This document shows, one piece after another, positions 52,070 to 61,988 of a stretch of DNA of 64,000 bases; the stretch's first letter is position 1; each line of letters starts with the position of its first letter. Source of the DNA: a virus. A model generated the notes under the pieces. It was given only the letters and a program-made list of their open reading frames with translations, had not been told where the DNA came from and made no database searches. The stretch is from IMG/VR virus record IMGVR_UViG_3300005805_000046, positions 32,001 through 96,000 of that record; one strand, given 5' to 3'. Position numbers and translations under genes: made by a program.

Positions 52070-52468
52070 TTAGGCATGATTCGTCTCCAAAAGAGTGATG
52101 TTGCTAGTAAATACTATACCTCGTCTTTGAGAAATGTCAAGAGGCTTCTCAAACTTTTTAATATTGCTCACTACCCATCCGTATTTAGGTTTGGTTGAAT
52201 TCCATCCGTATAATTTATTGCTATCTTCTACCTTGTGCCTACTATAATCATCAACCCAATCTTGCTTAAACACATAAAGAAAACTGTGACTAAAAGTTAT
52301 AGTTCCAATAATACGAGCCTTAAACTTACCCCTCTTTCCTGGCGTTTCAATCAATGCTAATTCAACTCCCTCGTACTTTTTTGGTAAAGCATATGAGCGG
52401 GTTTCGACAGTTTTAGTGCCGTTTATTAAAAGGCTAGACCAAGGGGCTTGAATATTTAAACCAGTCAT
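52070..52468 (-). CDS. ASCH-domain protein
   Basis: L.I.APW..L...G.K.VETR motif. Confidence 0.85.
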   Translation of the reverse strand: MTGLNIQAPWSSLLINGTKTVETRSYALPKKYEGVELALIETPGKRGKFKARIIGTITFSHSFLYVFKQDWVDDYSRHKVEDSNKLYGWNSTKPKYGWVVSNIKKFEKPLDISQRRGIVFTSNITLLETNHA

Positions 52469-55400
52469 TGTGTAACTTCGATATGCCACTTATTGCCATG
52501 AAGTTCAGCCACAACCCCCATATTCAACTTAACAAGTTCTGCTACGATTTCGGCCAACTTTTGAGTTTCATTCAGATAAAGGTAAATCATCTTGTTTCTC
52601 CGTTGTGAGCGTTTAGCATAACTCACTTATCGGCTTTTGTCAAGAGCCACCTTTAGTTTTTACTTGACCCACTCATAAAAACCATGACTCATAGCCATTT
52701 CAATACTAGCATCCGGATTTTTTTGTAAATACTTTAGAGCAAACAAAACAACTTCTGGTTCTAATCCATAGGGTCTAGCGTCTTTGAGAAAAGAATAGAC
52801 AATATCTAGTTCGGTACTAATATCCATTATAATTCCAATTAAATAATATCCGCTTCCATAAAGTCCATATCCAGATTTAGTTCATCCCAATCTTCCTTCG
52901 TAACATTACCAATCACCAAATAATTATCATCCTTAGAATAATCTTGATCTTTATCATATTTGATATAAAAGTCCTCAGACAAACTTGATTTCATCTGGTT
53001 AAGATCAGTAACAATCTCTTGAGCCTCTTTATGCCCAATAACATTACTAAAACACTGAATAAGACTCATTAGTTGTTCTCCAAAGTGTTATTTAATTGTT
53101 CAATAAGATTTTGTACTTCGTTTTCAGTCCAAACATACTCATAGCCATTCTCTTTGCCGTGTTCGATATCTAGTCGATAACTTTCAAGAGCATCAAGAAT
53201 TAGGCCAATTTCATGCTTATCAAGATTAATATTCATTTCTTTTCTCCAATACTCTCATAGATAAAATCGGCCAAGCCTTTTAGTTCTTCTCTGCTACAAG
53301 TATATCCCACACAAGTATCATTTCGATCATTATAAATACTAACGTGCATCCTGTTATGACTCCAATGATCCACCCTAATATCAATCAGTTTATCTTTATC
53401 AAGATAATATTGTACTGGTTTTGAATCCATAGTTATTCTACTTCCCAACTTTCAACTTCAAGATCATAATATCCATTACGATAATAGACAGTATCGCCAT
53501 AAGGTTTTCTTTGGCCTTTAGCCAGTTTATTATCGGCCACAAACTTTGTTGCATCACCAAAGTCTGAGAATACTTGTACAATTTCCTTGTCTGGATGGGG
53601 CAAAAATTCCCCACCAATAACATCTTGAAAAACATTCTCTTTTGTACCAATAACAATATAAACTGTCATCGTTCCATCCTTGAGAGGATCGTCGCAAAAA
53701 CAATAGACATAATTAGTCCCACAAGACTACCACCGAACCATGCTCCTAAAGTCCAGATAATTGCCTCTCTACTAATCATTGTTATTCTTCAAAACATCGT
53801 TAATAAAATCGGCCAACTCCTTTAGTTCATCCCTAGTCATAGGAGGATTAACAACATTCTTTGTTGGGCCAAATATAAGCCCAAACTCATAACTGGTTAA
53901 ATTATCAGTAAATCCCCCAAACATATCTTGAATGATATGAAAGTTTAGATAGTCGCTAGAGTAGGTAAATTTTTTCATCACTTTGATTTGGTCAAATTTT
54001 TCAAAATACCCAAATACCTCTCAGCATCACTCTTAGTATCAAAGACCGTAACAATAGACGATCCACCACTACTAGGCAGATTGATAGGTTGACCATTTTT
54101 AGTCACCACAAACTTACCATTCTGCTCAATCACGCCATAACTAGTCATTAACATTCTCCCTAATCTCTTTAGTATAAGCCCTACTAATTCTAAGATAACT
54201 AACAATCTCATTAGCCACATTACTCACACAACGATCATAATGATAATGGGTCACCATCATATTATAAATGGTTTGTTTTTCATCTTCGTTCAACCCATCA
54301 AACTCTGAGCCACCATATTCAGCATCAATATAGTCCGCAACACTAAGAGCATATTTGTGGAAACTGTCGGAATTTGATTCTTTGTTCATTTGTGGGTCAT
54401 TTGCCATAAAAGGTTATTTGATTTAGGTTTTCTGTGGGTTTCTTACCAATTATATGACGTAATAGAATGTGGGCATTATGATATTCAAAGCCGGGATTGT
54501 CCAGTTTTTCACCAATATAATATCGAATTATAGAGGCTAACAGGTCTAGTTCCTTATCGGTCAATAGAATCTGTTTATACATATTTTCCCGATCAAAACT
54601 AACATTTACTCACATACCACATACTACCAGTATAAGAGACAATAGCGCTGTTGTCAATAGTGGTTATCGGCCAATTACCACCAGATACTTTAGCCCATTC
54701 TCACTACGGGCATATACAATAAGTAAAAATATGGCGATATTATGCAGAGATAGGTGTTGAAACCCATAATATGCTGTTATTTTCCCGAAAAGTCCGATGA
54801 TGTGAATACTGATCTATGGGGGAATAATAGTCTTAAAACTTGTGGTTGTGAATAAAATCGTACCAGAACCATGCAACTAATGGTCGCTACTGCTACAAAT
54901 ATTAAAGAACCGAGAAAAGGTTGATGATTTTTAGCCATTTTAGTCTAACTCGTCATATTCGTTAAAAAGTACCAAATAGACACAGTACCAAAAAATTAAG
55001 CAGAGGATAATGGGCATTGTGAAAAGTTCCCTATAATTATCCATTGAAGTATCTAAATGTCCTTATCAGAATTGCTACGCACGATAGTATTAGTATTGGT
55101 ATTATTGCTAGTCTTGCTTCATCTGTATGTATGAAAGTTGGACACAGAGGTTTTTTCACCACAGTTAGTTGGGCCATTAGATTTGGTAACATAATAAATC
55201 CATGCTATATAGGCTGGCCAAAATAATGACACGGCCAATATTAGTACTAATGTGAAAATAGAAATGATTTTACCCTATCCAAAAAAGATAACTTAACAAT
55301 AACCTGTGGAACATCTTGTTCCTTCTTTTTCCTGATCCTTGGCTTCTTTGCTACTGGTGATTTCTTAACAGACTTTTTCTTTGCCATAATAATGTTTCCA

Positions 55401-55802
55401 TATTCTCGCTGACTACAACCACAAAAACCAAACCCTGTACATTTGGTAGTACAAAACCACAACACACAACCTATACTACCCTATTGTTCGTTCCCGTGCA
55501 AGTGCGTTTTGTATTATTAAAAAATTTCTTTAAGCCACATTTGATGCTTGACGACAACCCTGAATTTATTTAAGTATTATGCAGCGGGTGGGATATTATA
55601 TTCTTCTTGTATCTAGTAATACTTGATACTAATAACACCTTACAACCATTCTCCCGCATCACTCATTCTTTATGAATTCGCCCCCTTGACCACAAAAGAA
55701 AATCTGGTAGTATAGTCTACACACACAAAGGGCCAACAACCCTGCCTGACTATAAAAAGTTTGGCTGACTGTCTCTATAGTTTCGGATCTTATTGGTTTA
55801 GG

Positions 55803-55858
55803 AAAAACAAAAACAAAAAAAAGAAAATCCCCAACTACCATTACTGATAGTGGGGAAA
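55803..55858 (-). terminator. probable intrinsic terminator
   Basis: CCCCACTA...TAGTTGGGG hairpin followed by a long U-tract on the minus strand. Confidence 0.55.
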
Positions 55859-57199
55859 TTCTCTGCGAGTATTTTAAACTAGGAAAAATTCAGTGTCTGG
55901 TTTCTTGTAAAGATGAATCTTTGGTAATTTAGTTACCTTTGTTATTCTTCCTCTAGAATCCTTATGTTCTGATTCAATATAGAACCGATCTTTACCATCA
56001 CCATAATCCCTAAAATTCCAGGTATAATTTTTGATAATATCTTCTGGTCGTGCTTCACGATCATAGATTTCTCCTTCCACATGAAAAGTAATTATCCTAT
56101 TAAATAGCCTAGGCATTGTAATCCTCCTTTTCTTGTGTTAAGGTAGCGGGTTCATGAAAATCTTCCCAATTTTCTACCAAAATTTCAGGAGCCTCATGTC
56201 TAATTTCCGCTTCTAACGAACGATTAGATTCTCTATCTTTTTCTAGATCAAGATAGTCTCTCAACTTATCTTTGATCTGCATAAAGTCTAGTGACCCTAA
56301 GATATGGTCAATATACTTTCTTTGAATCTCGATACGATTCATTTCTGAGATATAACGGGCCTTCATAAATCACCTCATGGTAAAAAGTTAATAAAACAAT
56401 TTGCCCATGACTCCAAATAGTCTCCAGATATCTCTGACTACCTTTTGGCTCCGTTGACAATAGTATTTTACCACCGGTCAATAAGATGTCCAACAGAATT
56501 TTTAACTGACCCCATAATCTCGCTGACTATCGCCAAGACTGCCAATCGGATCAGATTAGGTAAGACAATCTATTGTTTATTTTTCAGCAGAGAGTCTGCT
56601 ATTTCGTTAATCTTATCAACACTAAAATAATCTTCATTAGTAATAAGACTATTCACAGTAGTAGAGCAAGAGATACTGTGAGAATGGTGAGGGGCAACAT
56701 TAACAGAATTTATGTTGTATGAAACCCACACACAAAAATATGCCAACGCATTCATAGGGGCCAACATAATTAATCCTCCAAGATTTCAGGATAGTATTCT
56801 ATAATTTCATTTTCCAAAGGCTCATTATCCATAAGACTCTTACTCTCCACCAACTGTTCATAAGCAAAACTATAAAGAGTATCAAAGTCCATATGATCCA
56901 AGATGGTAGAAGCATAGACCCTGATAATATCTTCTCTATTTTTATCTGTCACCACAACTCTATTCTGCATCATTACAAAGACCCCCAATTTTGGCTGACT
57001 ATCAGCAACGTCAGCAAATCCGTAGGATTAGATAGGACAATAGGTTAGAACTTAAAACAGACTTAGGATTAGTAGACTAGACATAACTGTAAATCTTTCT
57101 TATCCCAAACCCTTACTACTACTAGCCTTACGTTCCATTGTATCGTCACTTAGGGCAGTTGTCCATGACGTAAGTTGAGATTCTTTGAAGAAATTTGCC

Positions 57200-57279
57200 G
57201 TAACCCCTTGTGAATACTAAACTTAGGACTAATTTCCGGGGCCCCGCTCGCCCTAAACCCTCTTGGGCAAAGGACTTAG
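57200..57279. repeat. 80-bp double-palindrome element A
   Basis: gtaaccccttg-tgaat-actaaacttag, 26-bp spacer, ctaaaccctct-tgggc-aaaggacttag. Confidence 0.8.
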
Positions 57280-57309
57280 AGCGAGTCGGGGTTTCACCGA
57301 ACGAAAGGA

Positions 57310-58257
57310 TTAGATGGCGTTCGCAAACTCAAGAGCGGTCTTTAACGCCTTGCCGTTCTCGTTAGCGTTCTGGCCGAACCAGAGCGAATCGAGTCGGTTG
57401 TCGGTCGTGCGACCCTTGTTATAGTTAAGGTATTCGTTGTAGCCGTTATAAGCGGCCCACCAAGTACCCCTCACGCCCGTTGCTGATTGCTTCGGCCCTT
57501 CGACCAGAGCAAGAATCTCGTCCATGATATTGCGGGTACGAGTCTTAATGTCCTCGTCCACGGTGCCTTCGATACCCAGCATTACCTTAACGTACCGACG
57601 AATATCGGCCTGATTAAAGTTCTTGCTAGCGAGGAATCGAAACTGTTCCGCAGTAGCCTCAAACTGGACATTAATGTTATCCATAATATCCCGCACTTGT
57701 TCCAGATTCTTTTGGCTGGAGCGAGTGTGTCGAATCCGAATCAATTGCGATCCGCTATTGCTATGGGCCATAGCCATCGTGTTAGCACACACAACGCGAA
57801 TCGGGGTATAGCCGACGCGAATTGCGGTTGTGCCATCATGGCTGTTAGACAGAAGGATAAACTTGGAAACCTCGTCACCCTTCACGATCTCGCTATTGTC
57901 ACGGTTGAGTTGAGCGAGAACCCATACCTTTTGACCGCTATGGAGCGATCCGGCAGTATGGAGTTGGCACTCGTTAGCATCGAGAAACGGCTGGAACCAA
58001 TCGAAAGCATCGCTGTTTTGCAGCGGGGTATATCGCGGGCCAACAACACCCAAGATAGAATTGTCCGTCTTGCGATAGGTTGCACGAGCCGGAACCGGAG
58101 TACCTTCGCTCGTAAACAAATCCTTAAGACCAACCTCCCAGTCCAGACCAGCGGAGGTAATCGCCTCGCTAATCGTGGGAGCCTCGTCCAACTGATTGCC
58201 AAGACCGTGCCACGGGGTAGCACCAACAAACATCATCTGTTCAACTGCATGAGCCAT
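57310..58257 (-). CDS. DUF932 / phage-plasmid LGT-family protein
   Basis: PWHGLG, Y.PLQN..AF, AGSL..G..VW, L.NSHDG, RVVCANT and RHT motifs. Confidence 0.9.
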   Translation of the reverse strand: MAHAVEQMMFVGATPWHGLGNQLDEAPTISEAITSAGLDWEVGLKDLFTSEGTPVPARATYRKTDNSILGVVGPRYTPLQNSDAFDWFQPFLDANECQLHTAGSLHSGQKVWVLAQLNRDNSEIVKGDEVSKFILLSNSHDGTTAIRVGYTPIRVVCANTMAMAHSNSGSQLIRIRHTRSSQKNLEQVRDIMDNINVQFEATAEQFRFLASKNFNQADIRRYVKVMLGIEGTVDEDIKTRTRNIMDEILALVEGPKQSATGVRGTWWAAYNGYNEYLNYNKGRTTDNRLDSLWFGQNANENGKALKTALEFANAI

Positions 58258-58300
58258 CTCATTGCCCTTTCGTGTTATCGTACTTCGTTCAACTCCACTT

Positions 58301-58328
58301 ATTCTACAGTATGTTATCGGCTTGTCAA
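58301..58328 (-). promoter_or_regulatory. sigma70-type promoter with GCCGATA spacer box
   Basis: TTGACA-agccgataacatactg-TAGAAT with upstream A/T tract. Confidence 0.8.
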
Positions 58329-58358
58329 CAGGAAATCTTGCGAAAAAATTTTCTCGCC

Positions 58359-58438
58359 GTAAGGTGTTGATGCGTAAGGGTTTGCGTCACGCGGGGCCGC
58401 CCCGGCTCGCCCTAAGTCTTTGGCGGGCCTGGATTTAG
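58359..58438. repeat. 80-bp double-palindrome element B
   Basis: gtaaggtgttg-atgcg-taagggtttgc, 26-bp GC spacer, ctaagtctttg-gcggg-cctggatttag. Confidence 0.85.
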
Positions 58439-58918
58439 GAACAGCGTGCCGAAATCACGTTCAAAAAGTTTAGCGTTATCGGTGTTGTATGCACACTCAT
58501 CCGGCATATAACAATAAACGCCAACACACTTGGATTTAGGACATTCTTCGTAGATGGTATTTTTAATAAATTTGATAGTAGAGCCAGAGCAAACCAGATC
58601 GTCAACAATAACGTATCTAAAAGGAATCACACCCTCTATAGCAAAATCACTATACGATTTTGTTTCTGGTTTTCTAATTACAACAATGTGCTTATCTAGT
58701 AATTCTGCTATTTGCGGAACAACCATCAATCCACTAGTTCCGCAGCAAACAATACTATCGAACTGATTGCTAATCTTACGCAGGTCGCAAACAGCCTTTA
58801 CAATAGCCCTATTTCTAATCTTGTGGTTCAATACCATGCAGGTGTGGCTAGCACCTTGTATAACCTTGCCATCTGCCATTACCCTGAAATCATCTATATT
58901 CTGATTCAGCGTATTCAT
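58412..58918 (-). CDS. type I phosphoribosyltransferase-like protein
   Basis: G.SG, RK and YVIVDDLVCSGST PRPP-binding loop. Confidence 0.85.
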   Translation of the reverse strand: MNTLNQNIDDFRVMADGKVIQGASHTCMVLNHKIRNRAIVKAVCDLRKISNQFDSIVCCGTSGLMVVPQIAELLDKHIVVIRKPETKSYSDFAIEGVIPFRYVIVDDLVCSGSTIKFIKNTIYEECPKSKCVGVYCYMPDECAYNTDNAKLFERDFGTLFLNPGPPKT

Positions 58919-58921
58919 AAG

Positions 58922-59008
58922 AGTGGATGGTGCGATTCGAACGCACTACTTTAGAAAAGAAAGAAAGAATTTATAGAAAAGAGTCTCGTCCCACCGAGAT
59001 GCATCCAC
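58922..59008 (-). ncRNA. tRNA-like RNA with the anticodon arm replaced by a pyrimidine tract
   Basis: GTGGATG/CATCCAC acceptor stem, TCTCG-GTGGGA-CGAGA D-like arm, GTGCG-TTCGAAT-CGCAC T-arm. Confidence 0.7.
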
Positions 59009-59253
59009 ATAGTTACTCGTCAACAATTTCATCTTCTACAGTATTGTACGAATTAACCCATTCATCAATGTCTTTATCGTCATTAACTTCGTACAGTTCG
59101 TCCTCATTATAATCTTCTTCCTCTAGAAGATCATCAAATTCACTATTCATCATAGTTTGATAGTCGAACGGATAGTCTGTTTCTTCGTCATTGTAACGCA
59201 TAAACTCACTCCTTTCTAATTCTAGAATACACCAAATGGGTCAACTTGTCAAG

Positions 59254-59327
59254 TGGGCCCCCTGGGACTCGAACCCAGAACCAACAGATTAAAAGTCTGT
59301 TGCACTAACCAATTGTGCTAGAGGCCC
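59254..59327 (-). tRNA. tRNA-Lys(TTT)
   Basis: Full cloverleaf; ACAGA-CT-TTT-AA-TCTGT anticodon arm. Confidence 0.95.
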
Positions 59328-59740
59328 ATCAGTAAGTATTTTACTTATAGTTGCCTATATAGTCAATAGCCTTACATTTACGCCAAGATACAGGAATACC
59401 GCCTTTAGGATAGTGATTAGTATTAACGTCGCTGCCGTCGCTTTGCTCGGGGGAATGGTCAACGAAATGAACAATATACGTTTTTGTAGCGCCCTGTCCA
59501 TCAACCCCAACAACCCTAGCCCTGCTGGCAGTATACAAGCCAGTCTCATACCAGACTATATCGCCTTCCTGAAAGTTGTTCATTCTGTTAATTTTCTTCC
59601 ATATTGATTTGAGAATATCCTGTGATCATACCTAGTCCAATAATAATAATAAATAAAGTTGACAAATTCGCTATTCTCCAAGGTGCGGGTCGATCCTATA
59701 TCAGTATACAGCAGTCTCCACAGTTGTCAAACATACACAG

Positions 59741-59811
59741 CAAAGGCGGAAGGAGTCGAACCTTCATCTACGGTTTTGGAGACCGTCATTCTACCGTTGA
59801 ACTACGCCAAT
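59741..59811 (-). tRNA. tRNA-Trp(CCA) with mismatched acceptor stem
   Basis: ACGGT-CT-CCA-AA-ACCGT anticodon arm; acceptor ATTGGCG/CGCCTTT has two U-U mismatches. Confidence 0.8.
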
Positions 59812-59837
59812 GTCCGCAACTCTGCGTCAGCCTCCGA

Positions 59838-59924
59838 CGGAATCTGAGGGATTCGAACCCCCGGAGGATTTTAACCCTCGGCGGTTTAGTAAACCGCTGC
59901 CTTAAACCACTCGGCCAAGATTCC
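59838..59924 (-). tRNA. tRNA-Ser(ACT)
   Basis: GGAATCT/AGATTCC acceptor with G73, long variable arm, GCGGT-TT-ACT-AA-ACCGC anticodon arm. Confidence 0.9.
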
Positions 59925-59927
59925 AAA

Positions 59928-59999
59928 CTGCCCGACTAGGACTCGAACCTAGAACCTACAAATTAACAGTTTGCCGCACTACCATTGTGCTATCGGGCA
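59928..59999 (-). tRNA. tRNA-Asn(GTT)
   Basis: Full cloverleaf; GCAAA-CT-GTT-AA-TTTGT anticodon arm. Confidence 0.93.
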
Positions 60000-60004
60000 A
60001 AAAA

Positions 60005-60427
60005 TTATACCGCCACTTCCCTTGGCATAATCTTATAAGTCTTACTACGAATATCAGTGCTTGTCATATTATTCTCTATCTCAAAATCCAAAATCTTTGC
60101 CATAACTATCAAGTCATCTGCTATTCTATTATAGTCTTTTTCGCAAGAACCAAATGCTACATTACTATTATAGTTCAAACAAGAAAGCAATTCGGCCGAT
60201 ATGTTCTCTATAGCAGCAAATTTCATTTTATAACCATATAGGTTAGATCTACTGTTATTAGTCATAAACTCATACATCATTATTCCCATATCGCTAATAG
60301 AATTATTAAAAGAACGAATAGTAACTTCATTCTTTTTGATAGTATCTATTCTTTGAGTCTCGTTCATCTTGGTGAGACCCCAACTGCCGATTTCTCTTGC
60401 CAAGTATATCGCATTACTTCCAAGCAT
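60005..60427 (-). CDS. hypothetical protein inside the tRNA cluster
   Basis: AAGGAG RBS before MLGSN. Confidence 0.6.
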   Translation of the reverse strand: MLGSNAIYLAREIGSWGLTKMNETQRIDTIKKNEVTIRSFNNSISDMGIMMYEFMTNNSRSNLYGYKMKFAAIENISAELLSCLNYNSNVAFGSCEKDYNRIADDLIVMAKILDFEIENNMTSTDIRSKTYKIMPREVAV

Positions 60428-60445
60428 AATTATCTCCTTTATTAA

Positions 60446-60516
60446 TTCCGGGGCTAGGATTCGAACCCAGACAAAGAGAACCAAAATCTCTGGTGCTACC
60501 GTTACACTACCCCGGA
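60446..60516 (-). tRNA. tRNA-Gln(TTG)
   Basis: Full cloverleaf; AGAGA-TT-TTG-GT-TCTCT anticodon arm. Confidence 0.93.
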
Positions 60517-60517
60517 G

Positions 60518-60590
60518 AGCCGATGATAGGAGTCGAACCTACAACCCACGGTTTACAAAACCGTTGCTCTGCCATTGAAGCTACATCGGC
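60518..60590 (-). tRNA. tRNA-Thr(TGT)
   Basis: Full cloverleaf; ACGGT-TT-TGT-AA-ACCGT anticodon arm. Confidence 0.95.
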
Positions 60591-60625
60591 AATCCTACAT
60601 ATCATACTCTTGCTGCCAGCCCCTG

Positions 60626-60994
60626 TCAATGTCTCGTCGTGTTCGCTGTCGCTTGGGCCTGCTGTCCATAGTAGTATCCCGATACTCCTTGTGTCCCGTA
60701 GGAGCCTCCCAAGGCTGCTTGACCTTGACTTTGATCTTGCCGTACTTGCGGCGTGGTCGGGTATCGTCGTTGTTGTGGAGCGTAATCATGCCATTGTCCA
60801 TTTTCGTGTAAGTAAAAAACCTTGTCAACATTAGGGTCGTAAGCCATTAAGCAGTATTGTACTGGATAAACTACTTTTGTCAATACTTCTTTTTTTGGTA
60901 GTTTGGGTATTTTTATATCACCCTTCTGATAGTCTTTTACACCATTATAGGCTAATCCTAATAGGGCAATAATAACCCCTATCCACTGAATCAT
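60626..60994 (-). CDS. membrane-anchored hypothetical protein
   Basis: GGAG RBS, N-terminal transmembrane helix; promoter at 61017-61045. Confidence 0.55.
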   Translation of the reverse strand: MIQWIGVIIALLGLAYNGVKDYQKGDIKIPKLPKKEVLTKVVYPVQYCLMAYDPNVDKVFYLHENGQWHDYAPQQRRYPTTPQVRQDQSQGQAALGGSYGTQGVSGYYYGQQAQATANTTRH

Positions 60995-61063
60995 TCTTTC
61001 TCCCTTGCGTCTGATGAGCATACCATAGTTATCGGTAGTTGTCCACCCATTCTTTAGTTTTTC

Positions 61064-61143
61064 CTAAGTGGTTGAAATATAAGGGGTTACGATCAGCCGG
61101 GCCGGCCCCGCTCGCCCTAAGTGCTTACGCCCAAAGGGTTTGC
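61064..61143. repeat. 80-bp double-palindrome element C
   Basis: ctaagtggttg-aaata-taaggggttac, 26-bp GC spacer, ctaagtgctta-cgccc-aaagggtttgc. Confidence 0.85.
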
Positions 61144-61151
61144 GGTTAGTT

Positions 61152-61394
61152 TTATTCGTCTTCTCTATTGATTTCCCAGCCGGCTAGTCTACATACTTTA
61201 TTTAGTTTGATAACCTGCGTTAACTTATCGGCTGTAGTATAGTCTCTAAAACCACGCTCATCTATATAGAAGTATTCATCTAGAACATCGAACTTATTGC
61301 TTTCGCCAAGAGTAGTTACTGCTGCCTCAAGAGGATTTTTACTTGTTGAGTAGATTAGTTCTAGCGTACCACATTTGACATAATATTTAGACAT
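61152..61394 (-). CDS. hypothetical protein
   Basis: Likely start MSKYYV with GAGG RBS. Confidence 0.6.
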   Translation of the reverse strand: MSKYYVKCGTLELIYSTSKNPLEAAVTTLGESNKFDVLDEYFYIDERGFRDYTTADKLTQVIKLNKVCRLAGWEINREDE

Positions 61395-61980
61395 AACATT
61401 CCTCGCATTTAGGGCAGTCACAATAAGCATCATCAACGCCTTGATAGCAAACTTCTGGAAACATATCGTCGTCCGTATATCCGATACTTTCTCGTCCAAA
61501 GTCAATCGGAACTAATATCCTAGATTTGCCACGCCTAACATATCCAAAATTACCCTCATGGCAATCAGAGTATTCCACCCCGTAGTCGCTGATTTCTTCC
61601 AACAAATCAGATAAAACATAATAGTTAGAGCAACATCCAGAATCTATACAAGACCCCTCACACTCACTATTTCTACACACAAAAGGCTTTGCAATTTCGG
61701 TTAAGTAACCCCAATCGCTCAATACCATTTCTGTACGATATTTTATCTTATTGTTCTTGATGCCGTCTACAAAATAATTAGGAACCCTGATCCTACACAC
61801 AGGACTATAAACCTTCGGAGCAAGATATGGGGCCAAATGACTTTGAACAGCATGAGCAAACTCGGCCAAACTCTTATTAGGAAAACTCTTGAAACCATAT
61901 GGTTTTCCAGACAGTTTATAGAAAGAGTTCCTGCTACCACTATTCTCATACTTTCCAACATAACTAAATTTAGCAGCCAT
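61387..61980 (-). CDS. protein-kinase-like protein, paralog of 32494-33027
   Basis: GFKSF, LAPKVY, WGYLTE, DCHEGNFG and IDFG motifs. Confidence 0.7.
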   Translation of the reverse strand: MAAKFSYVGKYENSGSRNSFYKLSGKPYGFKSFPNKSLAEFAHAVQSHLAPYLAPKVYSPVCRIRVPNYFVDGIKNNKIKYRTEMVLSDWGYLTEIAKPFVCRNSECEGSCIDSGCCSNYYVLSDLLEEISDYGVEYSDCHEGNFGYVRRGKSRILVPIDFGRESIGYTDDDMFPEVCYQGVDDAYCDCPKCEECYV

Positions 61981-61988
61981 GATTATTC

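Larger units (their letters stand above)
47207..56988 (-). other. array of more than 25 small hypothetical genes (early/accessory region)
   Basis: Tightly packed, co-oriented 60-240 aa ORFs with RBSs; no recognisable domains except ASCH. Confidence 0.7.

Noticed and set aside
57487-58362. 291-aa plus-strand ORF, and similarly 61992-62891, 30054-30611 and other plus-strand ORFs
   Set aside because: Antisense shadows of well-supported minus-strand genes; no motifs or RBS.
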